From: a virus
Length of the DNA stretch: 64,000 bases
Strand: one strand, 5' to 3'
IMG/VR virus record: IMGVR_UViG_3300029787_000021
Span: 9,432-73,431 of that record
Position numbers and translations under genes: made by a program. The notes under the pieces are model-generated. The model did not search any database and was not told the DNA's origin. It worked only from the letters and a program-made list of their open reading frames with translations. Positions 1-9,775 of this stretch are shown here, in pieces; position 1 is the first letter of the stretch, and every line of letters starts with the position of its first letter.

Positions 1-323
1 TCTAATATTATATCTGAATAGTCTTGATATAGATTTTCAAATGATGGTAGTTTAATTATTTTATGAGAAATAGACCCTGTTGTTTTATTTTGACTGGTAA
101 ACTTAAAGTAAGTATCTCCATCGTTGGAAATAAAATCTTTATCCATATTTACTTTACCGTATCTGTCTTCTAATCCTTTTATAAATGATTTAGGATAATC
201 TTTTAGTTTACGAGTATCAGGATCAGATTCAGGATCAATTGCATCTTCTTTTACTTCGTTTTGCTCAATTAATACTTCTTGATATGCTTCGGCAATAATA
301 TCTTTTATATCTTTTATTTTCAT
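1..323 (-). CDS. Hypothetical protein, partial (runs off window start), probable internal head protein
   Basis: ATG at 323, frame open to the window edge: MKIKDIKEIIAEAYQEVLIEQ...; leader resembles the other I/L-x-E leaders. Confidence 0.7.
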   Translation of the reverse strand, partial: MKIKDIKDIIAEAYQEVLIEQNEVKEDAIDPESDPDTRKLKDYPKSFIKGLEDRYGKVNMDKDFISNDGDTYFKFTSQNKTTGSISHKIIKLPSFENLYQDYSDIIL

Positions 324-324
324 A

Positions 325-2910
325 TTATTTTTTTCTTCTTTTATGTCCGTGGTTAGATGAAGTAATAACTTTTAATTCATTCAAAGGAATATTTTTTACT
401 CGCTTACTACCTTCCTTGAAAAATACATCATAATGAGTAACTGTTCCGTCTTCTAATAAAGTATGTTGACCTTCTAAACAAAGTCCATGTCCATATTTTT
501 CATGTAGTACATGGTTAGCACAATCGTGTTCTATTTCTTTATCGTAATCTTTTTTTTCTTTTTCAATATCTTTTTTTTCTTCTTTTAGATTCAATTTGTA
601 GTGATCAGCGATTGCTTCGATTACCTCTTCTGCTTCATATTGTGTTGAGAATCCTGATTCGTTTGCTCTATCATCTATAATACGGGTAATCATATCCAAA
701 TCACCTCTACCTTCTTTAACTAGCTTATCAATATATTTAGCTTGACCAGCATGTCCTTTAGAAGACTTTTTTAAAGATTTACTCATATCTTTTAATTTTT
801 TCTTTTCTCCTTTATCAAGATCAGCTTCATCTAATTCATCTTCTTCTTCATCATAATATTTTTCGATACCGTCAATCATAGATTCTAAAGTAGTATCGTA
901 TCTATTATAACTTGATCCCATATTAAATACACCATAAGAATCTCCTTTACTTAAGTAGCTTGGAAATTCTTGTTTTATTATCTCTCTAGCTTGGTCTCCT
1001 AAATCATTTACTCTACCTAATATATCTCTTAATTCATCTAAAGCATCTTCTTTGTCTACAGATAATTCATCTAACTTTTGATTTTTACCTATATTTGCTA
1101 CTTTATCTTGTAATGTTTTTTCTAAGTACTTCTTTTGTTTTGTAAGTTTTTTTAATTGTCCTATTAAACTTTTATCTCCAGCATTATACTTTTTACCTAA
1201 CTCTTTCATGTTATCAATTAAAACGTCATAAGCTTTTTGTATTCTAGCAACAGATTCTTCGTTAGTTTTTTTAGGTTTAACTATTTTAGTATATGCCATT
1301 GTCATTGGTGACTCATTCATATCGTACTGATCTATTTGTTTTTTTATTTTGTAAATCTTTTCATCTATATCATTAAGTATACTTCCATAGTCATCTGCAA
1401 TAGGACCTCCTTCTGGTTCTGCTTCTTGTTCCATGTTTCTAAGTATGTCTTCTCTTTCTTCTTCTAAATCTTTAAGTCTTATTCTTAAGTCCATAGCTTC
1501 TTCTTGATCAATTCCACGAGGATCAAAATCCTCATCTATATCACTTACCGAAGAATCAACTACTTCAATACCGTGAGCTTGTAAATCATTAACTGCATCG
1601 TACATAAATGAATCTGCTTGTCCAGTTATAATATCATCAGATCTAAACGTAAAATAGAAAATAACATTACCTGCTCCGTCTTTATCAACAATATCCATTT
1701 TAACAGAATTACCATCTATATTTCCATCTAAGATGTGTAAAGCTGAGTTATATTCTCTTCTTGGTACTTTAATGTAATGATGATCATCTCCTTTTCCTTC
1801 ATCTAAAGGTTGATCATCATCTAAATAAGCTTTTATTAATTGTCTTATAAAGATCTGTCTTTCACCTTTATCCCCTGCAAAATCAGCATGAACGAAATCT
1901 TCTAAATCATATGCATTTTCTACTTCAGCGAATTTATCAATCATACCTTGAAGTTCTGCTTTATTATCGAAGTAACCTTCAGCATATTGTACTATCCATA
2001 CATCAAATGCTGCTTTTTGGCCTGAGTTAAGTTTGCTAAAATCCATGCTATTGAGGTCATCATTAGCATCGTAACTTTCTCTTTCATTTAAATCTCCTGC
2101 GCTAGGAAACATATATCCATAATTAGCACCAAAGAACTCATTGAAATCATCCATCCCTCTTTCATTGCCTTCTTCAGTTCCGTCCCATTTACCATCTTGA
2201 TCCCAATCTTTATGGGTTCTGAAGTATTCAGATACTATTCTATCTGATATCATACTAACTCCTGTATTAGGATTTCTATAATGGTCTTGAATTAGTTTAG
2301 CTACTGATTCTTCTTGTGTAGATTCTGTTATTTCATTTAAAGATCTAAAATGTTTTTGTAGTTCATTTGCTATAACATCTACATTTACTAAAGGCTTACC
2401 AGAAGGCATAACTCCTACATCTGCTATTTCCTTATCAAAAGACATATCGTTTAAATGTAGTGTATCGTCTTCTATATAAAAAGAAAATTCTTCTTCTCCT
2501 TTTTCTCCTTTGAATACTGCTTTAATATCAAAACTATTAGGTCTAATACGAATACCCTTCATACTAGCTAATTCTTCTCCTACTGCTAATAAAGCTTTAG
2601 CTGTTGCTTTCCCTACTTCCATAGCAATTGCAGCGGTTTCGTTTTGACCAAATTGAACTCCTTTGTCTTGTTCGGTTAATTTTACGTTAATACCTTTTTT
2701 AGCTAATTTTTCTGCCTTAGACTCGTCGTCAGTTTGTACTACCCCCTCTTGTTCGTTAAGTTTTTTCTCTAAACCTTCTTTTAAAGTTCTAAGTTCTTGT
2801 ATTTTTAATTGAGTATTTTTTTTCGTTTGGTTTTTGTACCCGCCTGTTTTGATAGAATTCAATGCTTTTTCACAGATACTCAACTTATTTTTTATTTCTT
2901 CGTAAGTCAT
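325..2910 (-). CDS. Large acidic modular protein, putative internal head polyprotein
   Basis: 861 aa; unrelated modules separated by LNE/LTE/LDE/MNE motifs; His-rich C-terminal module; late motif at 2950. Confidence 0.6.
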   Translation of the reverse strand: MTYEEIKNKLSICEKALNSIKTGGYKNQTKKNTQLKIQELRTLKEGLEKKLNEQEGVVQTDDESKAEKLAKKGINVKLTEQDKGVQFGQNETAAIAMEVGKATAKALLAVGEELASMKGIRIRPNSFDIKAVFKGEKGEEEFSFYIEDDTLHLNDMSFDKEIADVGVMPSGKPLVNVDVIANELQKHFRSLNEITESTQEESVAKLIQDHYRNPNTGVSMISDRIVSEYFRTHKDWDQDGKWDGTEEGNERGMDDFNEFFGANYGYMFPSAGDLNERESYDANDDLNSMDFSKLNSGQKAAFDVWIVQYAEGYFDNKAELQGMIDKFAEVENAYDLEDFVHADFAGDKGERQIFIRQLIKAYLDDDQPLDEGKGDDHHYIKVPRREYNSALHILDGNIDGNSVKMDIVDKDGAGNVIFYFTFRSDDIITGQADSFMYDAVNDLQAHGIEVVDSSVSDIDEDFDPRGIDQEEAMDLRIRLKDLEEEREDILRNMEQEAEPEGGPIADDYGSILNDIDEKIYKIKKQIDQYDMNESPMTMAYTKIVKPKKTNEESVARIQKAYDVLIDNMKELGKKYNAGDKSLIGQLKKLTKQKKYLEKTLQDKVANIGKNQKLDELSVDKEDALDELRDILGRVNDLGDQAREIIKQEFPSYLSKGDSYGVFNMGSSYNRYDTTLESMIDGIEKYYDEEEDELDEADLDKGEKKKLKDMSKSLKKSSKGHAGQAKYIDKLVKEGRGDLDMITRIIDDRANESGFSTQYEAEEVIEAIADHYKLNLKEEKKDIEKEKKDYDKEIEHDCANHVLHEKYGHGLCLEGQHTLLEDGTVTHYDVFFKEGSKRVKNIPLNELKVITSSNHGHKRRKK

Positions 2911-2949
2911 ATTTTTCTTTTTACAGGTGTACTATAAAATGTAGTTTTT

Positions 2950-2958
2950 TATAAATAG
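2950..2958 (-). promoter_or_regulatory. Putative late promoter CTATTTATA (representative copy)
   Basis: Same or near-same motif at 3370, 10900, 15807, 18563, 26620, 29487, 33830, 48682, 50970, 53753, 58353 (minus) and 43326 (plus), always oriented with the downstream gene. Confidence 0.75.
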
Positions 2959-2978
2959 ATTGCATTTATGTAATACTC

Positions 2979-3347
2979 CTATTTGTTTAATAGATCAACT
3001 GCTTGAGTTTCAAATATTAAACGTAGTATAATAGCACTTATTAGTGCAAATATAATCCATAATGCTTTGTTAACTCCATCTTTCCACCTATTTATCTCAT
3101 CAATTTGACGTACTTTGTCTTGAAAATCAGGGTCATTTGCCTCTAATCTACGTCTAAAAGCTGAGTTTTGGTTGGTTTTTACAATAACTCCGTCTTCAGG
3201 ATTAAGTAGAGTATACTTAAGCTCAGACATATCATCTTTTAACTCTCTTACATCGTCTACTAATGCTTTGAGTTCTCCATTCGGCATGTGCTTTTTGATA
3301 TTAAGCAATTCTTTAAGAACGCTCTCTAATATTTGTTTCTGTGTCAT
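2979..3347 (-). CDS. Coiled-coil protein with C-terminal transmembrane helix
   Basis: ALWIIFALISAIILRLIF hydrophobic segment. Confidence 0.6.
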   Translation of the reverse strand: MTQKQILESVLKELLNIKKHMPNGELKALVDDVRELKDDMSELKYTLLNPEDGVIVKTNQNSAFRRRLEANDPDFQDKVRQIDEINRWKDGVNKALWIIFALISAIILRLIFETQAVDLLNK

Positions 3348-3389
3348 TGAAAAATATTTTATATAGGTATATAAATAAATATACCTTTT

Positions 3390-3965
3390 TTACTTAAGAT
3401 GATCTTTAACCCATCCTATGTATTCGTAAATAGCTTCTTTAAACTTTTTATCTACTTTTCCTTTATTTCCTTTCCAATCCTCAACTACTCCTTGTTCAGT
3501 AACAAACGTATCTATTGAATTAACCTGGTCTAGCATCCACTGTTCAAGATCTTTAACAAATGCAGACATATTACCTTTTACCATGCTTTGTTCGTATGCT
3601 TCATAAAGACCATGTTTTCTTAGCTCAGCTTCGTATTTTATAGTACAGTTATAACAAAAGCCATGTATTTTATACATTTTTTTAGATAACCTATATTTCA
3701 TACTACCCCCACATTTAGGGCAAGCTAGAGGTATTTTAATTGCTTTTTTAGCAGCATCTAGTTTTGTAATATTTTGCTTAAGACCATTTTTGATAGTCCA
3801 GGTTTTTCCATTACTTTCCCAAACGTCTCCTTCTTTATGTCTTTTATTATTTTTACGATAGCCAACTCCTAATTTAGTTTTAGATGTAAAATCTTTATTT
3901 ACTAAATTTCTTGCTCTTTGTAAGTCTGCTTCTTTAAATTCTTTTTTTAATAGGGATTCATTCAT
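3390..3965 (-). CDS. Zinc-finger-containing phage protein
   Basis: CPKC...CYNC motif. Confidence 0.6.
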   Translation of the reverse strand: MNESLLKKEFKEADLQRARNLVNKDFTSKTKLGVGYRKNNKRHKEGDVWESNGKTWTIKNGLKQNITKLDAAKKAIKIPLACPKCGGSMKYRLSKKMYKIHGFCYNCTIKYEAELRKHGLYEAYEQSMVKGNMSAFVKDLEQWMLDQVNSIDTFVTEQGVVEDWKGNKGKVDKKFKEAIYEYIGWVKDHLK

Positions 3966-4503
3966 AACCTAATTTTTTTAATTCATCTATAACAGGTGAG
4001 ATATCTCCACCTTTACATCTTATAGCTATACCGTTACTATCATTCCATTCCTTAATATTAGATTTTTTATCATCTATTAATATACTTGATGGATTAGCGT
4101 GTCTTTGCTTATCTTTTGAATATGCAAATATAACTTTTGGTTTAGGATTAAGATTATTTTTTACCCATAAGTTTTTACCTAATCTAGAGGTATCATTTCT
4201 TGAAGGTGAAGTAAGAAGATGCGGTCTATAAGGTTTAATAAAATCCCATAATGCTTGACCTCCAGGCATCCAATCCATTCCTACCCAAAATTTTACTCCT
4301 ATTTTTACATCTATAAGTTCCCAAAAAGCAGGAGTACTATACTTTTTTTCATATTCCTGAGGATTCATTCCAGTAAAGTGTTCAAACCTACCTTCAAAAT
4401 TAGTTAATACACCATCCATATCACAGTAAATCTGGTATGGTGGAACTTCTTTCTGTTCCGGTAGTGGGTATGTTTCCAATATGTTAGTCAGCTTTATATT
4501 CAT
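3958..4503 (-). CDS. HAD-family 5'(3')-deoxyribonucleotidase-like protein
   Basis: YCDMDGVL motif I, LLTS motif II, ILIDD motif IV. Confidence 0.85.
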   Translation of the reverse strand: MNIKLTNILETYPLPEQKEVPPYQIYCDMDGVLTNFEGRFEHFTGMNPQEYEKKYSTPAFWELIDVKIGVKFWVGMDWMPGGQALWDFIKPYRPHLLTSPSRNDTSRLGKNLWVKNNLNPKPKVIFAYSKDKQRHANPSSILIDDKKSNIKEWNDSNGIAIRCKGGDISPVIDELKKLGYE

Positions 4504-5668
4504 TTTTTATTTTATCTTCCCAGTTTCTAAAAGTAATATTACCTAGTAGGTATGCTTCTTTTTCTATTTCTTTTAAAGCATCATCTTCGTTAGTATTAGT
4601 ACCATAATGCTTTCCTAATCTACCTTGTAAATTTTGCATATGATGAATCATTTCGTGTGAAAATGATCTCATTATATCTTTAGGATGTCTATTCATTATA
4701 AAAAGTACTAATTCTTTTTTAGCAGGACTATAATATGCTGTTCTACCAAAAAAGTCTTGAGCTTCTGAGATATCTTTCTTTATTTTTATTTCAGGCAAAG
4801 GAGTTATTTCCATGCCTTCGTCTATCATATATTCTAATAAGGAACTCATAAAAGGTTTAAAATCAAAACTACTAATAGAGTTATTATTAGCTAATGAAAT
4901 TCTTATATGGTTTTGATTAAAATCTATATCGTAATAATCAGTACTTATTACTCCTTGTAGTTTATTATAAAGATAACCTAATCTTTCTCTTTCTTTAGAT
5001 GGAAGTTGTTTTACTGATCTATCTTCTAGCAGAGCTTCTAAAGTATTAAAAGCTATTTCGCTCATTTCTTCTTGTATAATAGAAGACTTTAAGGCATTAA
5101 GTATAGTTAATAATTCTTTTCTATCTAATTCTTTCGGAAAAAAGTCTCTTATATCATCTAAACTTCCTTTCAAAGCAATATTACGTAAATTAGTTGCTCT
5201 AACACTCTGAGTAGCAGGATTACTAACTGCTAATCCCTTAGCATTAGGTACGTTTTTAAATGTAGTAACTCTTTTTAAATCAGGTAAATCTTCTTCTCCT
5301 CTTATACCTGTAATAGCATAAAATTCTTCTTGAGGATTCGCTTTAGCATAATCTTTAGCTGCAAACATTGGATTTTTTTGTCCATCTTCTACAACTACTC
5401 CTGGTAAGTATTTAGAATATATCTCCCATATTTGATGTGCTTCTTCTTTAGTAATCCCATTTCTTTCACCACCACCAGCAAAAATAATAACTTTATCTAT
5501 TGTAGGTTTATCTCCTTTATCTTGTTTAAGTACGCTTAAACCTTTTTCTTCATAATCATTAATATCATATACCTGTCCATTATAAGAATTTGAAAGTAGC
5601 TTTTTTACTACTTCAAAATGACCTTTATGGGGTGGTTTAAATGCTCCTGGGTATAATGCTATTGCCAT
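4484..5668 (-). CDS. Cytidylyltransferase-like (HxGH) nucleotidyltransferase fused to an HExxH metallopeptidase-like domain
   Basis: YPGAFKPPHKGH at the N-terminus; RSFSHEMIHHMQ...EKEAY at the C-terminus. Confidence 0.75.
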   Translation of the reverse strand: MAIALYPGAFKPPHKGHFEVVKKLLSNSYNGQVYDINDYEEKGLSVLKQDKGDKPTIDKVIIFAGGGERNGITKEEAHQIWEIYSKYLPGVVVEDGQKNPMFAAKDYAKANPQEEFYAITGIRGEEDLPDLKRVTTFKNVPNAKGLAVSNPATQSVRATNLRNIALKGSLDDIRDFFPKELDRKELLTILNALKSSIIQEEMSEIAFNTLEALLEDRSVKQLPSKERERLGYLYNKLQGVISTDYYDIDFNQNHIRISLANNNSISSFDFKPFMSSLLEYMIDEGMEITPLPEIKIKKDISEAQDFFGRTAYYSPAKKELVLFIMNRHPKDIMRSFSHEMIHHMQNLQGRLGKHYGTNTNEDDALKEIEKEAYLLGNITFRNWEDKIKNEYKAD

Positions 5669-5671
5669 TAA

Positions 5672-6604
5672 TTATAAAAAGTTTTGTATTTCTCTATCAA
5701 TTTCTTCAGGAGATGAATGTTTAAGAAGTTCTTGAAACTGGGGTGAGTATAACATTGCTGCTATATTATTTAATACTTCTTCATGAGTTGCATCTCTTTT
5801 ATCTTTACCGTCTCTATATTTTTTTATAGCAAGTTTTAATTTATCAGCTCCAGGTCCTACACCGTTAGCTTGAAATGCTTTTAAAAATACTTTTTTTGCT
5901 GCTTTATCTTCAGATCTATTATTTTTATCAAAATCTATCCCAGATACTGCTTGATCAAAAGCTTTTTGTTCTTCAGGTGTTATTTCAACAGGTTTAAAAA
6001 AACTTGATCCTCCTACTCCTTTACTTATATTATATTTTTCTAAATATTCTTTTATACCATCTACTCCTTTTGTAGCTGCTACATCGAACCCTTCAATCTC
6101 TTTTTTAAACTTACCGCTATAATCGTTTACAAATATGGATAAATTACCTTTAAGTAGTTTACTAAATTCTTCAATTTTTTGATATACATTTCTCCAAGTA
6201 GAAAATACAGCTGAACCTGGTATGTTTCTTTTCCTGCTAAAATTTTGGATATAAGAAACCATTGGATGAGTATACACCATAACCATATATGTATCGTATC
6301 CTTGTTCTATTAATTTTTTAAGGGTGTTAGTAAAACGAATTCCTGATGCTGTAGTATCCCAAACGAAAGATTCTTTTTTGTCTATAGCAGCATTTACGTC
6401 TTTATCATTTTGTGCTGCTGCTGGACCTAATTTATTATACATTGGACTGTCAGGATCTTCAACATATTTATCAGCATTGTATTGTTTTAGGCTATCTAAA
6501 CTAAGCTGATTAAGGACATATGATTTTCCTACACCTGCTCCTCCAGCCATTACTACTGCTTTCGGTCTGCCATTTTGTTCTAGTATTATATTTAATAGTT
6601 TCAT
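5672..6604 (-). CDS. P-loop kinase (zeta-toxin/AAA_33-like)
   Basis: MAGGAGVGKS Walker A and FVWDTT; start moved to ATG 6604 (MKLLNIILE). Confidence 0.75.
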   Translation of the reverse strand: MKLLNIILEQNGRPKAVVMAGGAGVGKSYVLNQLSLDSLKQYNADKYVEDPDSPMYNKLGPAAAQNDKDVNAAIDKKESFVWDTTASGIRFTNTLKKLIEQGYDTYMVMVYTHPMVSYIQNFSRKRNIPGSAVFSTWRNVYQKIEEFSKLLKGNLSIFVNDYSGKFKKEIEGFDVAATKGVDGIKEYLEKYNISKGVGGSSFFKPVEITPEEQKAFDQAVSGIDFDKNNRSEDKAAKKVFLKAFQANGVGPGADKLKLAIKKYRDGKDKRDATHEEVLNNIAAMLYSPQFQELLKHSSPEEIDREIQNFL

Positions 6605-6605
6605 A

Positions 6606-7568
6606 TTAATTATTAATTCTACCTCCTCTACTTGAACCACTTGAGCTTCTACCAGAAGAAGATGATGATGAACTTCCTCTACTAATATTACTAGAGCTTC
6701 TGCTAGAGCTATTATAAGAAGGCCTGGTGGTGTTTATATTAAGGTTATTATTTGAGTTAATATTAGGAGTTCTATTGTATATTCTTATATTATTATTAGG
6801 CACATTATTAGGATTAGTATAAACTCTAGGTTTAACGTTTAATCTTTCTCTTAGTCCGTTTACAATATTATTAAGATTATTTTCAGGTACACTTCTTCTT
6901 GGATTATTATATCTTGTAATAATATTATTTTCAATGTTAGAATTTACTCTATTGTTAATATTATTAGAGCCTCTTCTACCATTTATAAAAGCTATATTAG
7001 TATTTTCTCTACTTGAATTCCAAATTGCATTATATCCTGGGTTATTGTATGGTCCGTTATACCAATTATTCCAAGGTCTGTAAGGTCTAAACCAATTGTG
7101 TCTCCATGGATTGTGCCAACTACTATATCCCCAGTAGTAAGGATAATTAAATGCCCAATCGTACCAAAAATCATACCTATTAAAATATACATCAAAAGAA
7201 TTAAACGGCCTCCAATAACTATATCTAAAATTATTTGCATACCAATTGTAAGGCTGGTCCATAGCGTATTGAGCGAAATTCCATCTAAAGGTATTATCAG
7301 TTCTAAGTTTCCATTTTAATTGTGAGTACGATAATGTGTCTATCTTTACATCTGCTGGTACTTGTAAAACAACCTCTTCAGGTCCATATATTGGATCGTA
7401 GTTTAAAGTACTAAGTCTATAGGTACTACAACTACATAAAAATAATAGAAGTAATCCCATAAGTAAGCCTTTAGTCCAAGATAACCAAGCTGCTTGATAA
7501 GAAGATATATTCCATTTTTCTAACATTCCGTAGAAAATACTTTTATGCCATTGTATAAATTTATTCAT
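6606..7568 (-). CDS. Lipoprotein with aromatic-rich core and Asn/Ser/Arg low-complexity tail
   Basis: LLLLFLCSC lipobox-like segment; W/Y/N-rich middle; SSRSSS...RGGR tail resembling Bacteroidota lipoproteins. Confidence 0.6.
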   Translation of the reverse strand: MNKFIQWHKSIFYGMLEKWNISSYQAAWLSWTKGLLMGLLLLFLCSCSTYRLSTLNYDPIYGPEEVVLQVPADVKIDTLSYSQLKWKLRTDNTFRWNFAQYAMDQPYNWYANNFRYSYWRPFNSFDVYFNRYDFWYDWAFNYPYYWGYSSWHNPWRHNWFRPYRPWNNWYNGPYNNPGYNAIWNSSRENTNIAFINGRRGSNNINNRVNSNIENNIITRYNNPRRSVPENNLNNIVNGLRERLNVKPRVYTNPNNVPNNNIRIYNRTPNINSNNNLNINTTRPSYNSSSRSSSNISRGSSSSSSSGRSSSGSSRGGRINN

Positions 7569-8352
7569 TTCCTATTTTTAAAGTTGTAGGGTATTTGTAA
7601 TAAATAGGCTCAGTTGTAGGGTGGTCTAACATATATAGATTGTAAATATTTTGAAATAATTTAAAGTTTTTATCTATATCATCTATCTGTAATAGTTTCC
7701 AACCCTTACCTTGTATTACATTTTTCTGTTTAGATGGACCTCTAGTATGAGCTTTTAACCAAATAATACCAGTTCTATCTATTTTAATACCTCTAGATTC
7801 TTCTAATGCTTTAGCATAAGATGCTAGTTGAAGATCAAAAGATTTATGAATAGAGTTAGAAGTTTTAATATCTAATAACCAAGTTTCATTATTCATTTTA
7901 ACTACTAAATCTGCTGTACCTGCATACTTATATTTATCTGACCATACAAAGTCTTCAGAAGATATCAGTTCAGGTTTAAAAGTTTCCCAAAAATCATAAA
8001 ATTTTAATATCATTTCCCAAACTATTTGACTATACTTAGCTTTACCAAAATCATCCATCCAGCTTACCTCCTCTCCTAGTACGAGCTGTTCAGCAGCTTC
8101 GTGTACTTGAGTACCTTCTTTACCGGCACGTCTCATAATTAGATCGGCGTTATGCCCAACGTCTTTTATCCATTGTTCAAAAAACTTATTTTTGGGCATA
8201 TACTGGAGTATAGTAGTTACAGATGGATAAAATACTCCTTCCGATCTTTGATAAACTCTCCTATCAAGAAAGTTAATTTGTTTTAATTCTGGGTTAAATT
8301 CTAGTCTTTTCTTAGAATGTTCTTTTAATATATTTGTTCCTTGTTTAATCAT
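7561..8352 (-). CDS. PD-(D/E)xK exonuclease (Cas4-like phage exonuclease)
   Basis: YPSVTTIL, GTQVH, YAGTAD, LDIKTS, QLASY motifs. Confidence 0.85.
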   Translation of the reverse strand: MIKQGTNILKEHSKKRLEFNPELKQINFLDRRVYQRSEGVFYPSVTTILQYMPKNKFFEQWIKDVGHNADLIMRRAGKEGTQVHEAAEQLVLGEEVSWMDDFGKAKYSQIVWEMILKFYDFWETFKPELISSEDFVWSDKYKYAGTADLVVKMNNETWLLDIKTSNSIHKSFDLQLASYAKALEESRGIKIDRTGIIWLKAHTRGPSKQKNVIQGKGWKLLQIDDIDKNFKLFQNIYNLYMLDHPTTEPIYYKYPTTLKIGNE

Positions 8353-9272
8353 AAACCTAGTTTATATTGCATAATAGCTTGAAGGTCGAGCTGTTTTGCT
8401 GTTTGTATATGTTTTGTGAATTCCACAAATCCCATTTCACTAGGATCTTTATCCTCCATTTTTACTAAGAAAACCTTTTTGCCCATATTTAAAAATTGCT
8501 CACTATATTGTAACGCTTTAGATTGGGCATCTTTATCAAGCGCTATGTAAATCTCTTCCGATTTACTTTGTACTAATTTCTTCATTAATGAATTACTAAT
8601 AGATTTTCCTAAAATAGGAACTGCATTTCTTTTAATAGCAATTGCATCGAATACTCCTTCGCATATTACAATAGGGGTATTCCAGTTAATAAAATTTTCA
8701 AATATTATTATATCTTTTGATACTTCCGGATTTTTGTATTTAAAGTAATCTCCGTTATAACTTCTTGCAACAAAAAAGTTGAGCTGATTGGATTCAGAAT
8801 AACTTGGGATAATAATTCTTCCTCCATATTCTCCACTTGTACAGTATCCAATACTATATTTAATAAAATCATTATCGGTAAATCCTCTCTCATATAAATA
8901 CTTTTTTATTATATTTCCTACATAAGACGTAGAAGTAGCATTACATAGTAATTGAAACTCTTTAGGAAGCTGAACTACTGTGTCAAGATTAAGTTTATAA
9001 TTTTGACCTTTAGGTAGGTACTTAAGAACATCGTTTGCTTGTTCTTTAGGAACTTTTAATTGATATAAAAGCGACCTTATCGTTCTACCTTTAGTTTCAC
9101 ATACCCAACATTCCCATGGGTTTTCACCTTTTTCATTGGTTGCAAAATTAATCTCTAGTTTCTGTTTTCTATGATTACAAAAAGGACAGTGAAAAGCATG
9201 ATTAGCTCTAGCTCTTTTACTTCCTTTGCCTAATATATTTTCGACAGAAGCTAATAAAACAGTATATTCCAT
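8349..9272 (-). CDS. DNA primase (Zn-ribbon + TOPRIM)
   Basis: CPFC...CWVC, RIIIP, ICEGVFDA, ALDKD. Confidence 0.9.
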   Translation of the reverse strand: MEYTVLLASVENILGKGSKRARANHAFHCPFCNHRKQKLEINFATNEKGENPWECWVCETKGRTIRSLLYQLKVPKEQANDVLKYLPKGQNYKLNLDTVVQLPKEFQLLCNATSTSYVGNIIKKYLYERGFTDNDFIKYSIGYCTSGEYGGRIIIPSYSESNQLNFFVARSYNGDYFKYKNPEVSKDIIIFENFINWNTPIVICEGVFDAIAIKRNAVPILGKSISNSLMKKLVQSKSEEIYIALDKDAQSKALQYSEQFLNMGKKVFLVKMEDKDPSEMGFVEFTKHIQTAKQLDLQAIMQYKLGL

Positions 9273-9293
9273 AAAGTCTGTAACTACTCTATA

Positions 9294-9326
9294 CTAAGAT
9301 AAGAAAAAATTATTAAAGAACCAACT
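9294..9326 (-). promoter_or_regulatory. Early/middle promoter AGTTG-N20-TAnnTT
   Basis: AGTTG-N16-TTCT-TATCTTAG upstream of the primase. Confidence 0.7.
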
Positions 9327-9765
9327 ATACGTCGATCATTTTTAACTTACCTGATTTAGGGTGTTGCATAACGTTATCTCCTATAAAGTCAAGTTCTTCA
9401 GGATCGATACCTAATCTCTTTGCTTCTTTTTCAGTAGCTTCAATCCATTCTTCCGGAATATTTTGATTTAGAGGTGCAAGTACTTCCATAGTTATAATGC
9501 CTAATTTACTATGTATGGTTTCAACGTCATAAATAAAAGCAAAATTATTTGTTTTTTTTCCTTTAAGTTTTTGTGCATGTTCAAGTTCTACTGAGTCTGT
9601 AGTAACTTTTACGGCTTTACCGTTCAATAAGAATACTGTTCCATAATCTCCACTAGGTTTATCACTAATATATACTCCACCTTGGTCTTTAATTTTATCA
9701 ACCTCAGCTTCAAAATCAGGATCATACTGAAGTACTTCTCCTAATGTGATTCTAGTTGTTTTCAT
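9325..9765 (-). CDS. Minimal protein-kinase-like (APH/PKL fold) protein
   Basis: SGDYGTV Gly-loop, AVKVT, helix-C Glu, ITME hinge, LDFIGDNVM catalytic loop, terminal MIDV. Confidence 0.7.
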   Translation of the reverse strand: MKTTRITLGEVLQYDPDFEAEVDKIKDQGGVYISDKPSGDYGTVFLLNGKAVKVTTDSVELEHAQKLKGKKTNNFAFIYDVETIHSKLGIITMEVLAPLNQNIPEEWIEATEKEAKRLGIDPEELDFIGDNVMQHPKSGKLKMIDV

Positions 9766-9775
9766 AATAACGTTT

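Noticed and set aside
7561-8352. Cas4 as evidence of a CRISPR system
   Set aside because: Solo PD-(D/E)xK exonuclease next to the primase is typical of phages; no array or other cas genes
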